A stretch of DNA of 64,000 nt from the human T2T-CHM13v2.0 reference genome, Homo sapiens, in the NCBI RefSeq assembly GCF_009914755.1, contig NC_060947.1; one strand, given 5' to 3'. The position numbers and the translations under genes were made by a program. Positions 39,726 through 57,417 of the stretch are shown here, piece after piece; position 1 is the stretch's first letter, and every line of letters starts with the position of its first letter. Under the pieces are notes generated by a model. It was not told the origin of the DNA, did no database searches, and was given only the letters and a program-made list of their open reading frames with translations.

Positions 39726-40641
39726 ACAAACAGACTGGGAGCATGAGTTGGAGTTACACTGCAGAAGACCTTGACTGCCATCGGAAGGCATTTGGATGCT
39801 ACCATTGTCATTGGTAGCCATTATATTTTCAAGGAGTAGGGTCACACAATCAGGTTCCTGTTTTAGAAAAACCACTGTCTTAGCGATATGGAGGGTGGGT
39901 GGAAGCAAGGAAAACTTGAAGCGGAGAAAGCAAGGGAACCTGCCAGATTTGTAGCAGAGATTTTTTCTGAAGGTATTAGTTCATGTTTTGTTCTCATGGT
40001 ATGTTTTCTTCCATTTTGGGAAGGTTAACCCTCATCATGTCATTAGTCCAGAGAGGTATGTGTTGTGAGGCCAAGGGCAAAATTTGTTTGGAGACAGCTT
40101 TCCAAACAGCTACCCCTCCCCATCAATACTTGCTACTGTTGTCTATTTTAATACAGCCATCCAAGCGGGTGTGATGTGTTATCTCACTGTGGTTTTTATT
40201 TGCATTTCCCTAATGATTAATGATGCTAAGCATCTTTTCGTGTACTTTCTGGCCATTTTATATCTTCACCCTCCATCTTGCGGAAGTGGAAGTTTTACAG
40301 TTAGAAATTGATTCCTTTGGTCTCTCAAAGTGAAAATACCTAAGCCCAGTGGTTCTCAAGCTAGGCAATTTTTATATCCCAAGAAGGTTTCTGGATAAAA
40401 TAAAGACACTCAGTTCAATTTAGATTTCAAATAAACAGTAACTAATTACTTAGTGTATCTATGTTCCAAATATTGCATGAGACATACATAGATTTATAAA
40501 TTATTAGTTGTTACCGGCATCTAGTGAGCAGAGACCAGGTATGCTGCTAAACATCCTACAGTGAACAGGGAAGTTCCTCACAACAAAGAATGATTCTGCC
40601 CAAAGTGTCAGTAGTCATCAACCATTTAATGAGAATAAACT

Positions 40642-41036
40642 CTGATATTGTTTGGATATTGTTCTCTCCAAATCTCATGTTGAAATGTGATCCTCAATGT
40701 TGGAGGTGGGGTCTAGTGGGAGGTGGGGCTCGTGGGGGTGGATCTCTAATGAATGGCTTGGTGCCCTTCCCCCCGTAATGAGTTCAGCAGGATCTGGTTG
40801 TTAAAAAGAGACTACAACCTTCCTCTCTTCCCTTGCTCCCTCTCGCCATGTGATAGCTTGTTCCCTCTTCATGTTCCGCCATGATTGTAAGCTCCCTGAG
40901 GCCCTCACCAGAAGCAGATGTTGGTATCATGCTTTGTGTACACCCTGCGGAACCATAAGCCAATTAAACTTCTTTTTTTTATATACATTACCCAGTCTCA
41001 GGTATTCCTTTATAGCAATGCAAAACAGACTAATAC
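40642..41036 (+). mobile_element. MSTB-like MaLR solo LTR
   Basis: tgatattgtttggatatt...caaatctcatgttgaaatgtgatcc...cagactaataca. Confidence 0.8.
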
Positions 41037-41122
41037 AGACTCTATGAGGTTAATAGACTCTGCTAGGAGAAAGAGCTAATGGCCTCAGGGAAGGGAAAGC
41101 CTCTGGGTGAGAGTCAATTTAG

Positions 41123-41513
<391 letters not shown>

Positions 41514-44500
41514 TCAACTTCTTTTTTTAACGATGCCTAAGGCCTATCCTGGCTGCTCCCTTGGAGAGTCATATATATGATAATAGCTCTCTGCAGGCAG
41601 AGAGGAGCCCACTTGTCCATCTGAGAAGTTACCACCAAACAGGCAGAGCCCCAAACAGTACCAGGTTCTCCATCCGTCTGCTGTTGCTGCAAACCAAAGC
41701 AGATCCTCTCGTGCTGGAGCAGAAAAAGACCCGAGGCCCCAGACCCCAACTCCTGAGACACAGGGATAAGGAGGCCCCCAGGCAACTCTGTTGGTGTGAA
41801 GTGGATCTGTTTGGTTTGAGCAGCAAATGAGCTGAATGACTATTGCTTCCTCTTCCTAGTCAGAACTGCTGACTCTGTACATTTTGCCATTGTCTCTCCA
41901 TTTTCTCCTCTCTTACCCAAAACACATATTATAGTGGGTATCAAGCTAGCATTTATCAAATTCCTTTGTGTGTAGATCATTTCCAGTAATCTCATGAATG
42001 CCAGCTTCCAGTCCCTCATGGAGCAGAGATGAGAAGTTCGTAAACTTGATTAACTCCAAACCCCAGCACCCAGGTTCCTAGAATATTCCTTCTTAAAAAC
42101 TGCCTCTGCTTTTTTTTTTTTCCTGCTTTGTACTTTATCTGTCCCCATGGTAAATTGGTTCATGTGAGAAATTCTGTGTGCAGGAAAATGGGCAATTCAA
42201 TAATTCATAGGGCTTCCCCCTAACCATATGAAGTTGCCTTAAGCAGTTCTGTCAGAAATAATTTAACTGCTCAGAGCCATGTTCCAACTCCAAAGATGTC
42301 AGACAATCGTTTCCTTCCAGTGACGAAAACAAGCCCAAGGCTCATTCATCTAGAAAGTACTCCCTACGACTCATGCTATATACATTCTTTTGAGTGATTT
42401 GGAGACTTCTTGCACCAGTGTTTGTGGCCATGTTTCATTAGAATGTTCGGCTTTTGTTTGGCTTTTGTTTCAGGAACCTATCCCAGAAAGCTGAGAGGAT
42501 ACCCAGAATGAGAGCTGTGTTTTAAAAATGAGTATCAGGTCAAATTGCTATGGAGGAATTGAAGAATGATTGGTGCTATGCATGTAATTTTTTCAAGAAG
42601 ATAATTTATGATTTCTGTTTTTTAACCTTGCTTTTTTCCCTTCAATTCGACATTTTGTGCCTGGCTGCCTTAGAGGTCTCGTGTTTCTGTGGTATATTTG
42701 GACTACATATTGAGGGCCCAGAGGCAAAAGTTAGAAATAAATAACGTCTGTACTATGCAGAAAAGAAGCAGAGCTCTGCTCCAAAGAACTGCTCATAAGC
42801 AGGTAATTATTTCTTCTAGAGAATGGAACAATCTATGAGGCATGAAAGTTGTTACATAAATCAACTATCTCTGCTCCCACTGGCTTTCTCTTCGTGACAG
42901 CCACACCCACTCGGTGCAAAAGTGGTGCTGAATCAACTTCTATGGAGACCGAATTACAGAGTCAATGTATGCACTGTGGGATCATGGGCCTGTGCGATCA
43001 CTTACCTTGGCAATAACTTTCTACTCCACGTGAACTCTTCAGCCCCCGTATCACTGTTTTAGGACTTGCCAAAACTAAGAATAACTCCTCGTTTGTCTTG
43101 ACGGCACCTTCCTTTTATTCTAAAATGATGAAAATTACCGGACGCCAGGAGACAAGAGTGTTGTCCCTTTATCCTCCATCACATGAAGCGTCACTAACAT
43201 GAAGTGCTCTTGCCTCTGCCAAAAGGTGGTATTCTTCCCTGTGTAAAGAGTCCTGGGCGGTGGAGGAGATGACTCCCTCCGCACGGGGCCTGATGATAGG
43301 GTTTGCCCACTCCCAAGAGTAAGGCTATGGCCCCAACCTGACACACAGTGCCAAAGGCCAGGGGTGGTGCATCTCCTTTCACTACTCCTGCGTCCATAGG
43401 TAGAGAGATTATTTTGGTCTCGATGTTTACTTTTCCACAGACCACAGGGCGATAACTACACAAATCAATTTTAGTCCACATCAGAATCTACCCTGCCAGG
43501 AAAGAAGTTCTTGACATTATCTGTCACAGTAATCGAAGCATGTCCGTGTTTCCTCATTTTAATTTGAATATCGCCTCCACGTTGCAATGTTTCCAACTCG
43601 GTCCCTGAGCATGAAACCACCTGCTTGGGTTTTAATTTATGTTATATCCTTTTAGTTCACCCCCTTCCACATGCAGCGAGCAGAAATAAAAATCTGGCCA
43701 CCTGCAAAGGATTCTTCCTTAACTGTACATAAACCTGCCACCTTTATATAATAAAAGAAAAAATGATTGTGCACTTTAAAAGCCTGGTAAAGACAAGAGG
43801 AGCTCAGAGAAGGGGCTCACCCCCAGCCCGCAGTCCCTACTCACTTGCAGTCCCCATCCATCTCCCAAAGAGATGCTATCTGCCAGTGAGCAGGGCGAAT
43901 TGAAAATGGGATAATGACAAGACTGTGGGAGGAGGCGATTTCCAAGATCAGTTCCACTGAGACAGACTGTGAAACCCCTGGGGCTATTATGACCTCTAAC
44001 TAAAAATGGTGGCAATGGATCTCTCTGGGCCTGTATGTTCTTGTGCATAAGGCACCTTACTCAACACAATAGACAATGATCAGACAGGGACAGTGTGTGC
44101 ATTTCAAGAAGCCTACTTCCAACACAGCCTCAACAATCTGTTATTTTTAGAACATGACTAGGAATTGTCTTCAACTGCCCAATTGCTGTTTCCTTCTAAT
44201 CAGCCTCTTGAAAGACAGTACTGTATTCCTAAAGCAGAATGTTAGAAGCACACAGAATACTAGGAGGGACAACACAGTCATTGTTAGGAGGGCTTAAAAG
44301 AAAGAAAGGGCTGGGGATAGTCTTTGGGCCTGTTTTGGCAGGTACCACGGTTCAGGAGTCAGGTAGGTAAAAGTTTACCAGTTGGAGAACTTTCTGTTGT
44401 GCTGAGGGCCATCACGCAAGGTCTGAAAACGGAACAAGCCTGGGAGTAGATGTGCTGTGTATACAGCAATGTGGAAATCACAGCCACAGGCGAAGCATTT

Positions 44501-44646
44501 GCCTGTAATGACCATACTTGCTCAGTTTGCCATAACATACATAACATATGTAAATTAGCACTTAATACACACCCATTAGGGACAAAGATCTGAAGTTGTG
44601 TGGACTCTAAATGGAAAAGGTACTATGATTGAAAAATAATAGTCTA

Positions 44647-45014
<368 letters not shown>

Positions 45015-45692
45015 TCATAATACACATCAACAAGTATATGATCATTTACTGTTGGCAAGGTCCTTGGGACTCAACCTACAAAGACCCACTTATTGAAGAA
45101 GAAACTGGGACATTTTTGGTTCTCCATTACTTTACCTTGCAAGGTTTAATGGGATAGCCTAAGAAGAAAACCCAATAATCCTAGAAATCACAAGGACTGT
45201 TGAGAGAAAAGGGCATTTCAAAATGGCCACATTCTCTCTGGTATGTTTCCTAATTTGTTTCCGGATTTATTTTTATTTCTAAAGGTTAATTAGAAATTAC
45301 ATGTGCATTTCAAATTTGCTTAGAATGTAAGCTGCCAAAGGGCAAGGATGCTTTCATTTTCTCTTTCTGTAACTCTTCCTTGTATGAGGACTTATCTCCG
45401 TATCTAGCAAATAATAAGGGTTATCAAGCAAAAGACAGTACACTGCAAGGAAATGCATTCTAGAGACTCATACTTCTGCACTTACTTTATTTTTTAAAAT
45501 TCTGTACTCTCAGGCCCTAAAATCCCATCCACTGAAATGGGATCTAGAAGCATTGAGGCAGTGTCCCGTACTGGGTGCAAAGACTTGGTGGGAGGCCCTG
45601 AGAAGCTAGGGAAACTCAAGGACTGTGAGTGTCTGCCAGTGGGCAGAGAATGCTGCAAGATCAGAGCATCAAAACCAACTGAGCATGTTTCT

Positions 45693-46270
45693 TGTAGAAT
45701 CTAAAATAGTCAAACTCTTAGAAGTAGAATGTAGAATGATGGTTGCTAAGGTGGGGGGAAAGTGGGGAGATGTTGGTCAAAGGCGATAAAAATTCAGTTA
45801 TACAAGTTGAATAAGTGCTCAGAGTCTAATATACAGTAGAGTGACTACTGTGCTGTCACAATACTGTGTTATATACTTGAAATTTGCTAAGAGGGTAGAT
45901 ATCAAGTGTACTCAGCGAAAGAAAGAAAGAAAGAGAAAAGAGAGAGAGAGGGAGGGAGGGAGGAAGGAAGGAAGGAAGGAAATGAAAAGAAAGAGAAAGA
46001 GAGGAAGGAAGGAAGGGAGGGAGGGAGGAAGGGAGAGAGAGAGAGAGAAAGAAAAAGAAAGAAGAAAGAAAGAGAGAGAGAGGGAGGGAGGGAGGGAGGC
46101 AGGGAAGGAGAGAGGGAAAGAAGGAAAAAAAGAAAATATGTGAGGTGATAGATAGGTGAATTCGGTTGATTGCAATGATCATTTCACAATGTCTACATGT
46201 ATCAAAACATCAAGTTGTGTATCTTAAATATATATAATCCCTATTTATGAACTATACCTCAATAAAGCTC
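45693..46270 (+). mobile_element. L1MA/MB 3' end fragment containing a polypurine expansion
   Basis: atatacttgaaatttgctaagagggtagat...aaaatatgtgaggtgat...atacctcaataaagct. Confidence 0.75.
45917..46136. repeat. 220-bp GA-rich polypurine tract
   Basis: Only two pyrimidines in 220 nt; GAAA, GGAA, GGGA and GA blocks. Confidence 0.95.
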
Positions 46271-48394
46271 CCCAAAACATCAAGTGAGCACATTTCTTTA
46301 CAATTTTCTCCAAAACCAGCCCTGCCTTAAGTCAGAAGCTCTGATATGACACTTTGCCAAACCAACACCAGGGATTCACCAGCCTCCATTCCCTCTTCTA
46401 CACACTGGCAGGGCACACTGAACACCGATAGCTAATAGGCCACTCTCTCTGTCACCCTTGAGAATTTCTCTCTCACCAGTTGGGCTGTATGCTTACTTCA
46501 AATCAGTTGTAGAATTTGTTCTCACAGCTGTGTAGGCCAGTTGTACTTGTCACTTGAATTCTGTAATTTTATTAAAACTGGTAGTTTGTGATGGTATGGT
46601 GGTTTTCAGGCAGGCAGGCCAAGCAGCAGGAAGCACACATCATGCACCACACAGAGGAGGACTTGGAAACAGAGGCAAAATGTATGGCAGCCCAGCCTAA
46701 CAGCTCAGAAGAGACACGGTCTAACTACTCACTCATCTCTGCAGCGGATTCCAACAGTCCCCAGGAAAGCTGAAGACAACACTACAAGGGCATCTTCTAA
46801 GGCCTCCATGTCTCCACCACTCTTTCCAGCATCTTTAAAAACCACCAGGAGGGAGCTCTGTCACATACCCTGGAACAAGGATTTGAGAATCAGATTGAGG
46901 GCCCCAAATTTAAAACTGCATGAAGTCATATGGTTGATTGGAACTTGTTAAAAAAAAAAAAAGTAACTTTTCTTTGACTTACAAATTACAGAAGAACATT
47001 GGTGTTTATAAAAATGACTAATTAATTCATAGCTGTCACTTGAAAACACTCAAAGGGGAAAGGTCTGTGTTTGCATTTTGAAAATTTAAAACAGCGAAAT
47101 TTTTAGGATGCTAATCCAAAGCTCCATTAAACCAATATTAATGAACATTTCAGCAAGATCGTGTGATATTTCTTAAAGAAAATGGCATTAGAGGTTTTTT
47201 TTTCCACATTCAGTATTAAATGTAAAAATAGTATGTCAAAGCAATAAATAGCAGAAAATCATTCTGAGTTTAATTTTATCTCACACGTATGTGAAATAAA
47301 TGAAGCATGATGTGACAATCCAATGTTATCTATCGTGGAGAAAGAAAAATAGATCTTGGTAGAATCTTGAGTATTTAAAAATGATCGTTAAAATATGAAT
47401 ATGTCATAGACATTGTACTCAGATTTTAAATGTTCCACCGTTAGCTACTTACATGCCCTCCATTATTAAAGTGCCCTTGGAGTTAGAAATGGAAATATGC
47501 TTTTAGGATTATCATCTATTCCTGGGAGGCATCGCAGAATTGTTATTTCCAAAATGTTTCCTTGTTCTTGGTGCACTGTAGAGTCTTTTAAGAACAAAGA
47601 GTTATTCTCAATTCAGGCTGGACTAAGCTGCACCAACTGAACTCTCGCATTATTTCAGAAATTCTGTATTCAGTGGGGAGGATGGAACAAAATAATTAGG
47701 ATATGGGGCCCAGAGACCTTCCGGGAAAGATATTCTTGCTGTGTTCTACAGCTTTTTCTGCTGCTTTATTTTTCTCTCTTTTACAATTCCTCCCACCCAC
47801 TCTTCATGCCAGCAAACAGATGATCCGGGAGAATAAGAATATTGTATGATCACTCGTTAATTTACTTCGGATTGCTTTCCAGGCACCACAAGTCTGACCG
47901 CTCAGGGGTTTCCAGTGAATTTTTGGCAGCTACTAAGCACAGTTAGTTGCCTATAAGAACTACTGATTCTGCTTCGTTTTACATACCACATATGACAGGG
48001 CATAACTCACCATGACTGGCTTACATTTAGGCTACTCTGTATTGAATCAGACACTATTTATCACTTTCAAGTTCTGATTTCTGCATCGTGCATATGGTTA
48101 TTTAAACCTATATAGTTCAATGAAAATGCTCCCATCCTGTACAGACTAGCCTAAAGGGGCACTACATGCAATGATACCAGAGGGTAAAAACATGGCACTG
48201 GCTCTTTTTTTAAATGACTAGTTTGAAATGGAGGCAATTCATTAATTCAACATTTATTGAGTGCCTACTAGGCAGCAGGCCATAAGTTAAACTCTGGGGA
48301 TTTTTAAAAAGGAATGCCTGGTAGCTGCAGTAGCTAACATACATCACATTTATGCTTTATGCAAATTCATAATCCAGCTAAGAAATAGACACAC

Positions 48395-49220
<826 letters not shown>

Positions 49221-49323
49221 GAATATTCTTTTGTACTCAGTAAAGAAAAAAAAACAAAAACAAAACAAAAAAACTTCAGGGTTTTTTTGAGCAAGCACTG
49301 TTCATAAGGATAGAATAAATTCT

Positions 49324-49730
<407 letters not shown>

Positions 49731-50065
49731 TTAATCACGTGTTTGGTGGCTATTCAGTCATGGTCATAGTAAGTGTTGAACACATATTTGTTGAATAAAC
49801 TAATAATTGAAAAAAGTGCTTTTTAAAACTGAAATTTACTTAAAACTAAGCCTCCTAAGTGGAAAAGTACCATCACAGCAGAAATCTGGAAATTATTTTT
49901 TAATGAAATCATTTGTTCAATAAATATCTGAGGGTCTAAGAAGCGCAGGATACTTTTGTTAAGCTCTGTAGGGGATGTAAGAAACATAAAAACAATTATT
50001 TTCTTTGAATAGCAACTTACAATTTATAAAATGCCCCTAGAAATTGTATTTGAACTTGAAAACTA

Positions 50066-50403
<338 letters not shown>

Positions 50404-50834
50404 TTAATTCAAAAAGATATTTATCATGTGCCTACTATGTGCCAGAACTAAAGTTTTAGGACAAGGTGGACAGTAAATAAATACCTGAATGATGTGATTG
50501 CACTAAAACCATAATCTCCCATCCCTCCAACAGTGTTAACCACCTGCCTCCATGATGCTTGTGAACTTTGGACAACCCTCTTCTTCGTTTGCTTTAATTT
50601 TACTTGTTTTTTCAAGTGATACCTTCACGTGGTTCAAAAATAAAAATGGTATAAAAAATATATATTGAGAAGTCTTACTAGCATCCATAAGCTGGTCTGT
50701 CCTCCACCCTATTGCCTCATTCCTTTTATTAGTTTCTTGCATATACTTCCAATGTTTCTTTATGGAACTATGTACAAACACATATATGTTCTGATTTCTC
50801 CCTCATTCTTACATAGAGTTAACATGTTACATGC

Positions 50835-51390
50835 TGTTATATAAATGGGCTAAAGGTGGGGGGCCCTGGATATTGGTCCCCATGTTGTTTACATCTTCAC
50901 AGCAGGCTAGGACAATTAGCTCAAAGCCCTCTGGCACTAAACTCAAATTCATATACATCTGATTGCCTTAAATGTAGCCCAAATAACCATATTTTTAGCT
51001 ATTTAAAGCCTGCCTGTCTTGCACATCCTATGAAGCTGTACCCAACATCTGCTAGCCATAGATAAGATGAACCTTGGGGATACGAAAGACACCAAGCCAC
51101 TGCTGCCGATTCAAGCTCTCTGACCCCAAAGACTCCCCATCTTGTTACTGGGTAACATCATCTACCTGCAGGAGGCACTTCTCCGATTTCCCTCTCCCCT
51201 GGGAATGCCCTTGTTCTCTTCCTCTTCTGGGTGGTGGCTCCATGCTGCTCTTTCTGGAAGGTCTCCTGCTGTGAAGAACTTCACTCACGTATGCTAACCA
51301 AGCACCACCCAAACAAAGTTCATTTGTGCTACTGTCATTTCGTGGTCATGTCCTTTCCTTGATCAGCTCTGAATCCTCTATCTCACCACA
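50835..51390 (+). mobile_element. ERVL solo LTR (MER54-like) inside a minus-strand L1ME fragment (~50560-51760)
   Basis: tgttatataaatggg...ggatattggtccccatgttgtttacatc...accaca; both flanks read as L1ME 3'UTR. Confidence 0.5.
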
Positions 51391-52452
51391 TATACTCTGC
51401 CTTTTCATTTTGATTTTTTTTTAACTTAACAATATATTCTGGGGAAGACTCCTTCACTCTTTTATACAGCTGCAAATTACTCCACTGCATTTAACCAGTC
51501 CCTCCTGATGTTCGCTTGGATTATTTCTAGTCTTTTGTTATTACAATGATGCTGCAATGAATCACCTTGCACATTCATCATTTTGTTCATGTACAGGCAG
51601 ATCTATAGGATAAATTCCCGGAAGATGGATTGCTGGGTCAAAGGGTAAACAAACACATTTGTATTTTTGAAAAACATTGGCAAATCATTCCTTTTAGCAA
51701 CCATGCATGAGATTGTCTGTTTTCCCATAGCCTCACTATTTACCAGTCTGTTAGGTAAAAATAAACAAACTTCTAGTCTTGGACTCCTTACACAGTAAAG
51801 ATTGTTAATATAATATTTGTTAACATGCCTATCTCTGCCACTGAATTGTGACACCCTTAAAGTCTGGAACCATTTCTTACTCATCTTCATAGCCTGTTGC
51901 TTAGCTAGCAAAGTTCTTTGGACAGAATAGCTTCTGCCACTTCCCTCTCTCCCCCGCAAAAACATATTTACTGAGTTGAATCAATCACCACTTTAGCCTA
52001 GAGAGGCCCCCCTCAGACCTTCCCATTGTGGTATGTGCTGCCCCACTTTCAGCTGACTGCCAATTTCCTCTCGAGGCTGGGCCTGCTCAGCCCACCCACA
52101 GAGGGAGGAGAGCCTGAGATTGAATGCACCACCGTCCCAGCAGCTCTCAACCAATGCCTGAAGGGAGATGGTGTTTAAATAGCCAGCAAGCTCTTCCTTT
52201 GGGGGTGTACCTCTGAGGCATGGGGTGGTCTATGCTGAGAGCTCTTCGTGGGATGAAGCCCTGTGGTCCCTTTGTCCATAGCAGGAAGTAGCTTGATAGT
52301 GTATCTTTTAAGGGCTTCCCTGCCTTTCCTTCCTTTCCAGGCTCACCTTCTCACTCCATTATAGGAGTTTCCTTCAATCACCTCCCAAGTAAATGACTAG
52401 CACTTTATCAGGGTCTTTTTTGGGGGGAACTGAAATAAAGACAATACCTTCC

Positions 52453-52789
52453 CTTTTCTTTCTTCTTCTTCTTTTTTTTTAATAGGGTCTCACTGTGTCA
52501 CCCAGGCTGGAGTGCAGTGGTACAATCACAGCTCACTGCACAGCTCACTTCGCCTCCCTAAATCTAGTGATTCTCTAGCCTCAGCCTCCCGAGTGTCTGG
52601 GACTACAGGTGCATGCCACCATGCCTGGCTAATTTTTTTTATTTTTAGTAGAGATGAGGTATCACTACATTGCCCAGGCTGATTTTGAACTCCTGACCTC
52701 AAGCAATCCTTCCACCTTGGACTCCAGCAATCCACCCACCTCGGCCTCCCAAAGTGGTGGGATTACAGGCATGAGCCGCTGTACCTGGC
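52453..52789 (-). mobile_element. AluJ-type with two small internal duplications
   Basis: cacagctcactgcacagctcact and a repeated agcaatcc segment. Confidence 0.85.
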
Positions 52790-54804
52790 CAGCTTTCTTT
52801 ATCAAATGAAGAAACCTAAATACTGAGAAAATAAGTGAAGTGCTCATGGCACAGCTAGTGAGTGAAGAAGCATATTCCCTGGCTCCTAGAAATGTGCTGT
52901 TTTAGAAAATGGAATTTCTCTTTATGGATGATAAGTACAACCACTGAGACATGAAAGAGCAATGGAAGAAGTGTGTGTGTGTGTGTAAATCAATAACAGC
53001 ACAAGGTTACATAAAATGAATAGTAAATAAGCGAAACAGCTCTCACCTATGGTGCATATTATGAGCCAGGCAAGTACTTTTTGTGTGTTTCTTCATTTAA
53101 CACAAAACTCTACAAGTTAGATGCATTATTATCATCATTCCCAGATCACAGATGAAGAAAATTAAGATACTGAGAGTTTAAGTAACTTGCCAAAGCTCAC
53201 ACTTGCCAAGATCTGACTCCTGGATTTGTGCTCATAACCATCAAACTATACTGTCTGCAGGGGCCGGCCAGAGAAGTTCTAGAAGTGACAGATTACCCTT
53301 GGCTTTTGGCAGCAGGGGTCTTGAAGAAAGAACATGGGATTATGACTAATTAAGGACTAATTCTTCCTAGGGCCATCAAAGAACTCATTTGTGTCAGTTA
53401 GAATATTTTCCAGGGCAGAAACTAAATATCCAACTAAAAATGACTTAAACAACAGGGGTCTACTGAAAAATCTCACATAATAAGAGGTCTGGAGGCAGGA
53501 GGTTCCAGACTTGGTTAATTCAGCAGTTAAATGACTTCAAAGCAGCAGTGACTCACATATTCATTCTTTATTTTCCATCCAATTCCATCTTCTTTGTAGT
53601 TCTCTTGATCCTCTGTCATGGTCTTGCAATGGCCCCCCTCAGCTCCAAGTAGCAAATATCAGAAAAGGAGGGAGGAACTTTGTCCCAGAATCCCTTAGCC
53701 GGTATTCTCTTTGGTCCCATTGGCCACGAATGGGTCACCTGCTCTAGACACAGGGGAAGCTGGGAAAGTGAGTCTTTGGCATTCTCTGTCTCCAGCATGG
53801 GAGGCAGGTTCTGCTAGAAACAAAAAAGCGGAAGGATACTGGCAGTGGGAAGGCAACCAATCTTGATGCCATATAGCTTAAATCCCACGTTGAAGCCTTC
53901 TTCTTGGCTGTGCTGTTTGGAAAAGCCAGAACCCAACAGCTTTGCAAAGATAATCATGGGAAAATAATTCGAGATGATACTCAGGTTCTGGCCAGAGATG
54001 ACACCATCCGATGATGTCATATTTCACAGCAGGATACCAGACAGGCCAGAAACCAGGACCTGAAGCAGTCAGTGCCTATTCTGAACAGAGAGGCACTACA
54101 CTGACCATATTTGGGAGGCCTCAGAGAATGGCTTCCACATCCAGACCAGAGCCAGGACAACTGGGATTGCTGGGCTCAGCCATATTTGATGAGTGTTTAT
54201 TCTACTTATGGCAGCGTATTAAGCATTTTGGGGAAGGGGTGATGCCGAGATATCAGATGTGCATCCTGACCTCGAGAAACAAATAAAAAATCTAATAATA
54301 AACATCAACTGAGCACTATCTGCCAAGTCTGTTTAAAGCAACTTACATATCTCTAGACACCTTAAATATACGTCAAATCTTCACAGTAACCCTATGAGAT
54401 AGGTTATATTTATGATCCTTATTTACCAATATGGGAACTGAGGCCAGGAAGGAAACTGAGGCATGGAGAGTTTAAGCAATCTTGAGATTGTTACCCAAAT
54501 ATTTGCTGTAAGGACACACCACATAGGCGCTCCCAGGAGTGCTTAAAACATTTTCTCTAAATTTACGGTGATGAATTCGTCCCAGGTTGCTTGGGACTCT
54601 CCCAGTTTTAGCACCGAAGTCCATGTACTGGGACAACCCTCAGTCCTGGGCAAATAAGAATGGTTGGTCATCCTACAAATTATAGGCACACTCAATCTAG
54701 ATTGCCCTGACAACCCAATTAATGGATAATGGAAAAGGAAAAGTTAGAGAGAGTTTTCCCTGCATAGTCAATTCCCATAACAAAAGCTCCTGTAGTCAGA
54801 ATAA

Positions 54805-55236
<432 letters not shown>

Positions 55237-55424
55237 TGAGGGAAAGGGTGGGGGTGGCCAGGTAAGGGATGCCTGCTGCTGATTACATGTTGAAATAATA
55301 TTCCAGATATATTGGGTTAAATGAAATATTCTAGATATATTGGGTTAAATGAAAGATATTATTAAAATTAATTTTACCCATTTGTTTTGCATCTTTTAAT
55401 GTGGCTATTAAACAAATAAAATTA

Positions 55425-55728
<304 letters not shown>

Positions 55729-56644
55729 TCACAGTATATTTCATTGGACAGCACTCTTCTAAAAAGACACTTCTAGAGAGTATGTCTCTATTAAGAGGGT
55801 TTCTCTTTGTGTAATATTGTTTACAAAACCAAGTTAAACATTAATTAGTTAAAATTCTGTAAACCGTGAAAAGGCCTCAAGGAGATTTGCAAAGGGAATC
55901 TCCTTGTCTTGGAGGTGTTGTCTTGAAGCTGCTTAAGCAGAAATGCTGCCCAGAACACACTCATGCTTTCTTGTGACCAGTGGCTCTAGGCCAAACTACA
56001 GTACATGTAAAAATAACTCTGATGAGTTCATTGTTCTGAACTTAAAGTCAAATGGGCTGTTGGCTCTTTTCACATAGTTTGAATCTTTTATGACCAGAAG
56101 ATGCAAAACACATTTTTAAAAGCAGTAACTAATGCAGTCCAAGTCATTTTTTTAAAAAAACTTTTGGGTATTGAGCAATTTGGGGCTCTCCAAGGATTGT
56201 AATGATTATATTTATATTTGTATAAATATTTTCAAAGTTCTTTACAGTTTTTCTTTAGTATTTCCACTTGAAAGTGACTACATATCCCCATGAGGTAATC
56301 TGAGCTGTTATTTTATGCACATTTTACAGATGAGACACTGTCCCAAGTCTTCTTAATTCTGTTTAGTGTTCTTTTGGCTACACCCAGTGTGATGGAGCCA
56401 GATCCTACCCACTCATGAGAGCCAATTGTGCATCTCTGCACAGCTCAGCAGTCACATTATGTTAGTAGCTTGAAATCATCCACAGTGTGAGCGTTTATAC
56501 CATGAGAATTGGCAAAGGCTACATAGTCCGTTTATTTGTTTTGTTGTTTCCGTTGTTTATTTCTTGAGTACCAGTTACTAAACATTTAATGGCACACTGC
56601 TAGATACCTCCAAGAATGAGAAAACTTGGGGATTAAAAGACATT

Positions 56645-57044
56645 TGCTTAGTCTGTTTTGTGTTGCTATAACAGAATACCATAGACAGGGTAATTTATAA
56701 TGAATAGAAATTTATTTGGCTCGTGGTTTGGTTCAGGAAGCTGGGAAGTCCAAGAGCATGGCATCAGCATTTGGCAAGGGACTTCGTGCTGCATCATCCC
56801 ATGGGAGAAGGTGGAAGAGCAAAGGAGAACAAGAGCCACAGAGCAAGAGGGGGCCAAACTCACTTTAATAACAAACCAACTCTCAAGATAACTAAACCAC
56901 TCCCATGATAATGACATTAAATCATTCACAAGGGCAGAGCCCTCATGACCTAATCATCTCTTATTAGGCCCCACCTCACAACACTTGCACTGAGGATTAA
57001 GTTTCCAATACACAAACTTTGAGGGACACATTCAAAACATAGCA
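56645..57044 (-). mobile_element. MaLR solo LTR (MLT1A/MSTC-D-like)
   Basis: ttagtctgttttgtgttgctataacagaataccatagac...cattcaaaacatagca. Confidence 0.78.
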
Positions 57045-57113
57045 GATGCATGTTACAAAACAGGAGCAGAAACACAAGTTCTCTGAGTTCAAGAACTGAA
57101 TTCTGTAGATAGA

Positions 57114-57417
<304 letters not shown>

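Noticed and set aside
45841-46182. Lys/Arg/Glu-rich and Ser/Leu/Phe-rich ORFs
   Set aside because: Translations of the polypurine low-complexity tract.
47719-47727. Perfect GAS motif TTCCGGGAA (another, TTCCCGGAA, at 51615-51623)
   Set aside because: Isolated 9-mers without supporting context; the second lies in an old L1 fragment.
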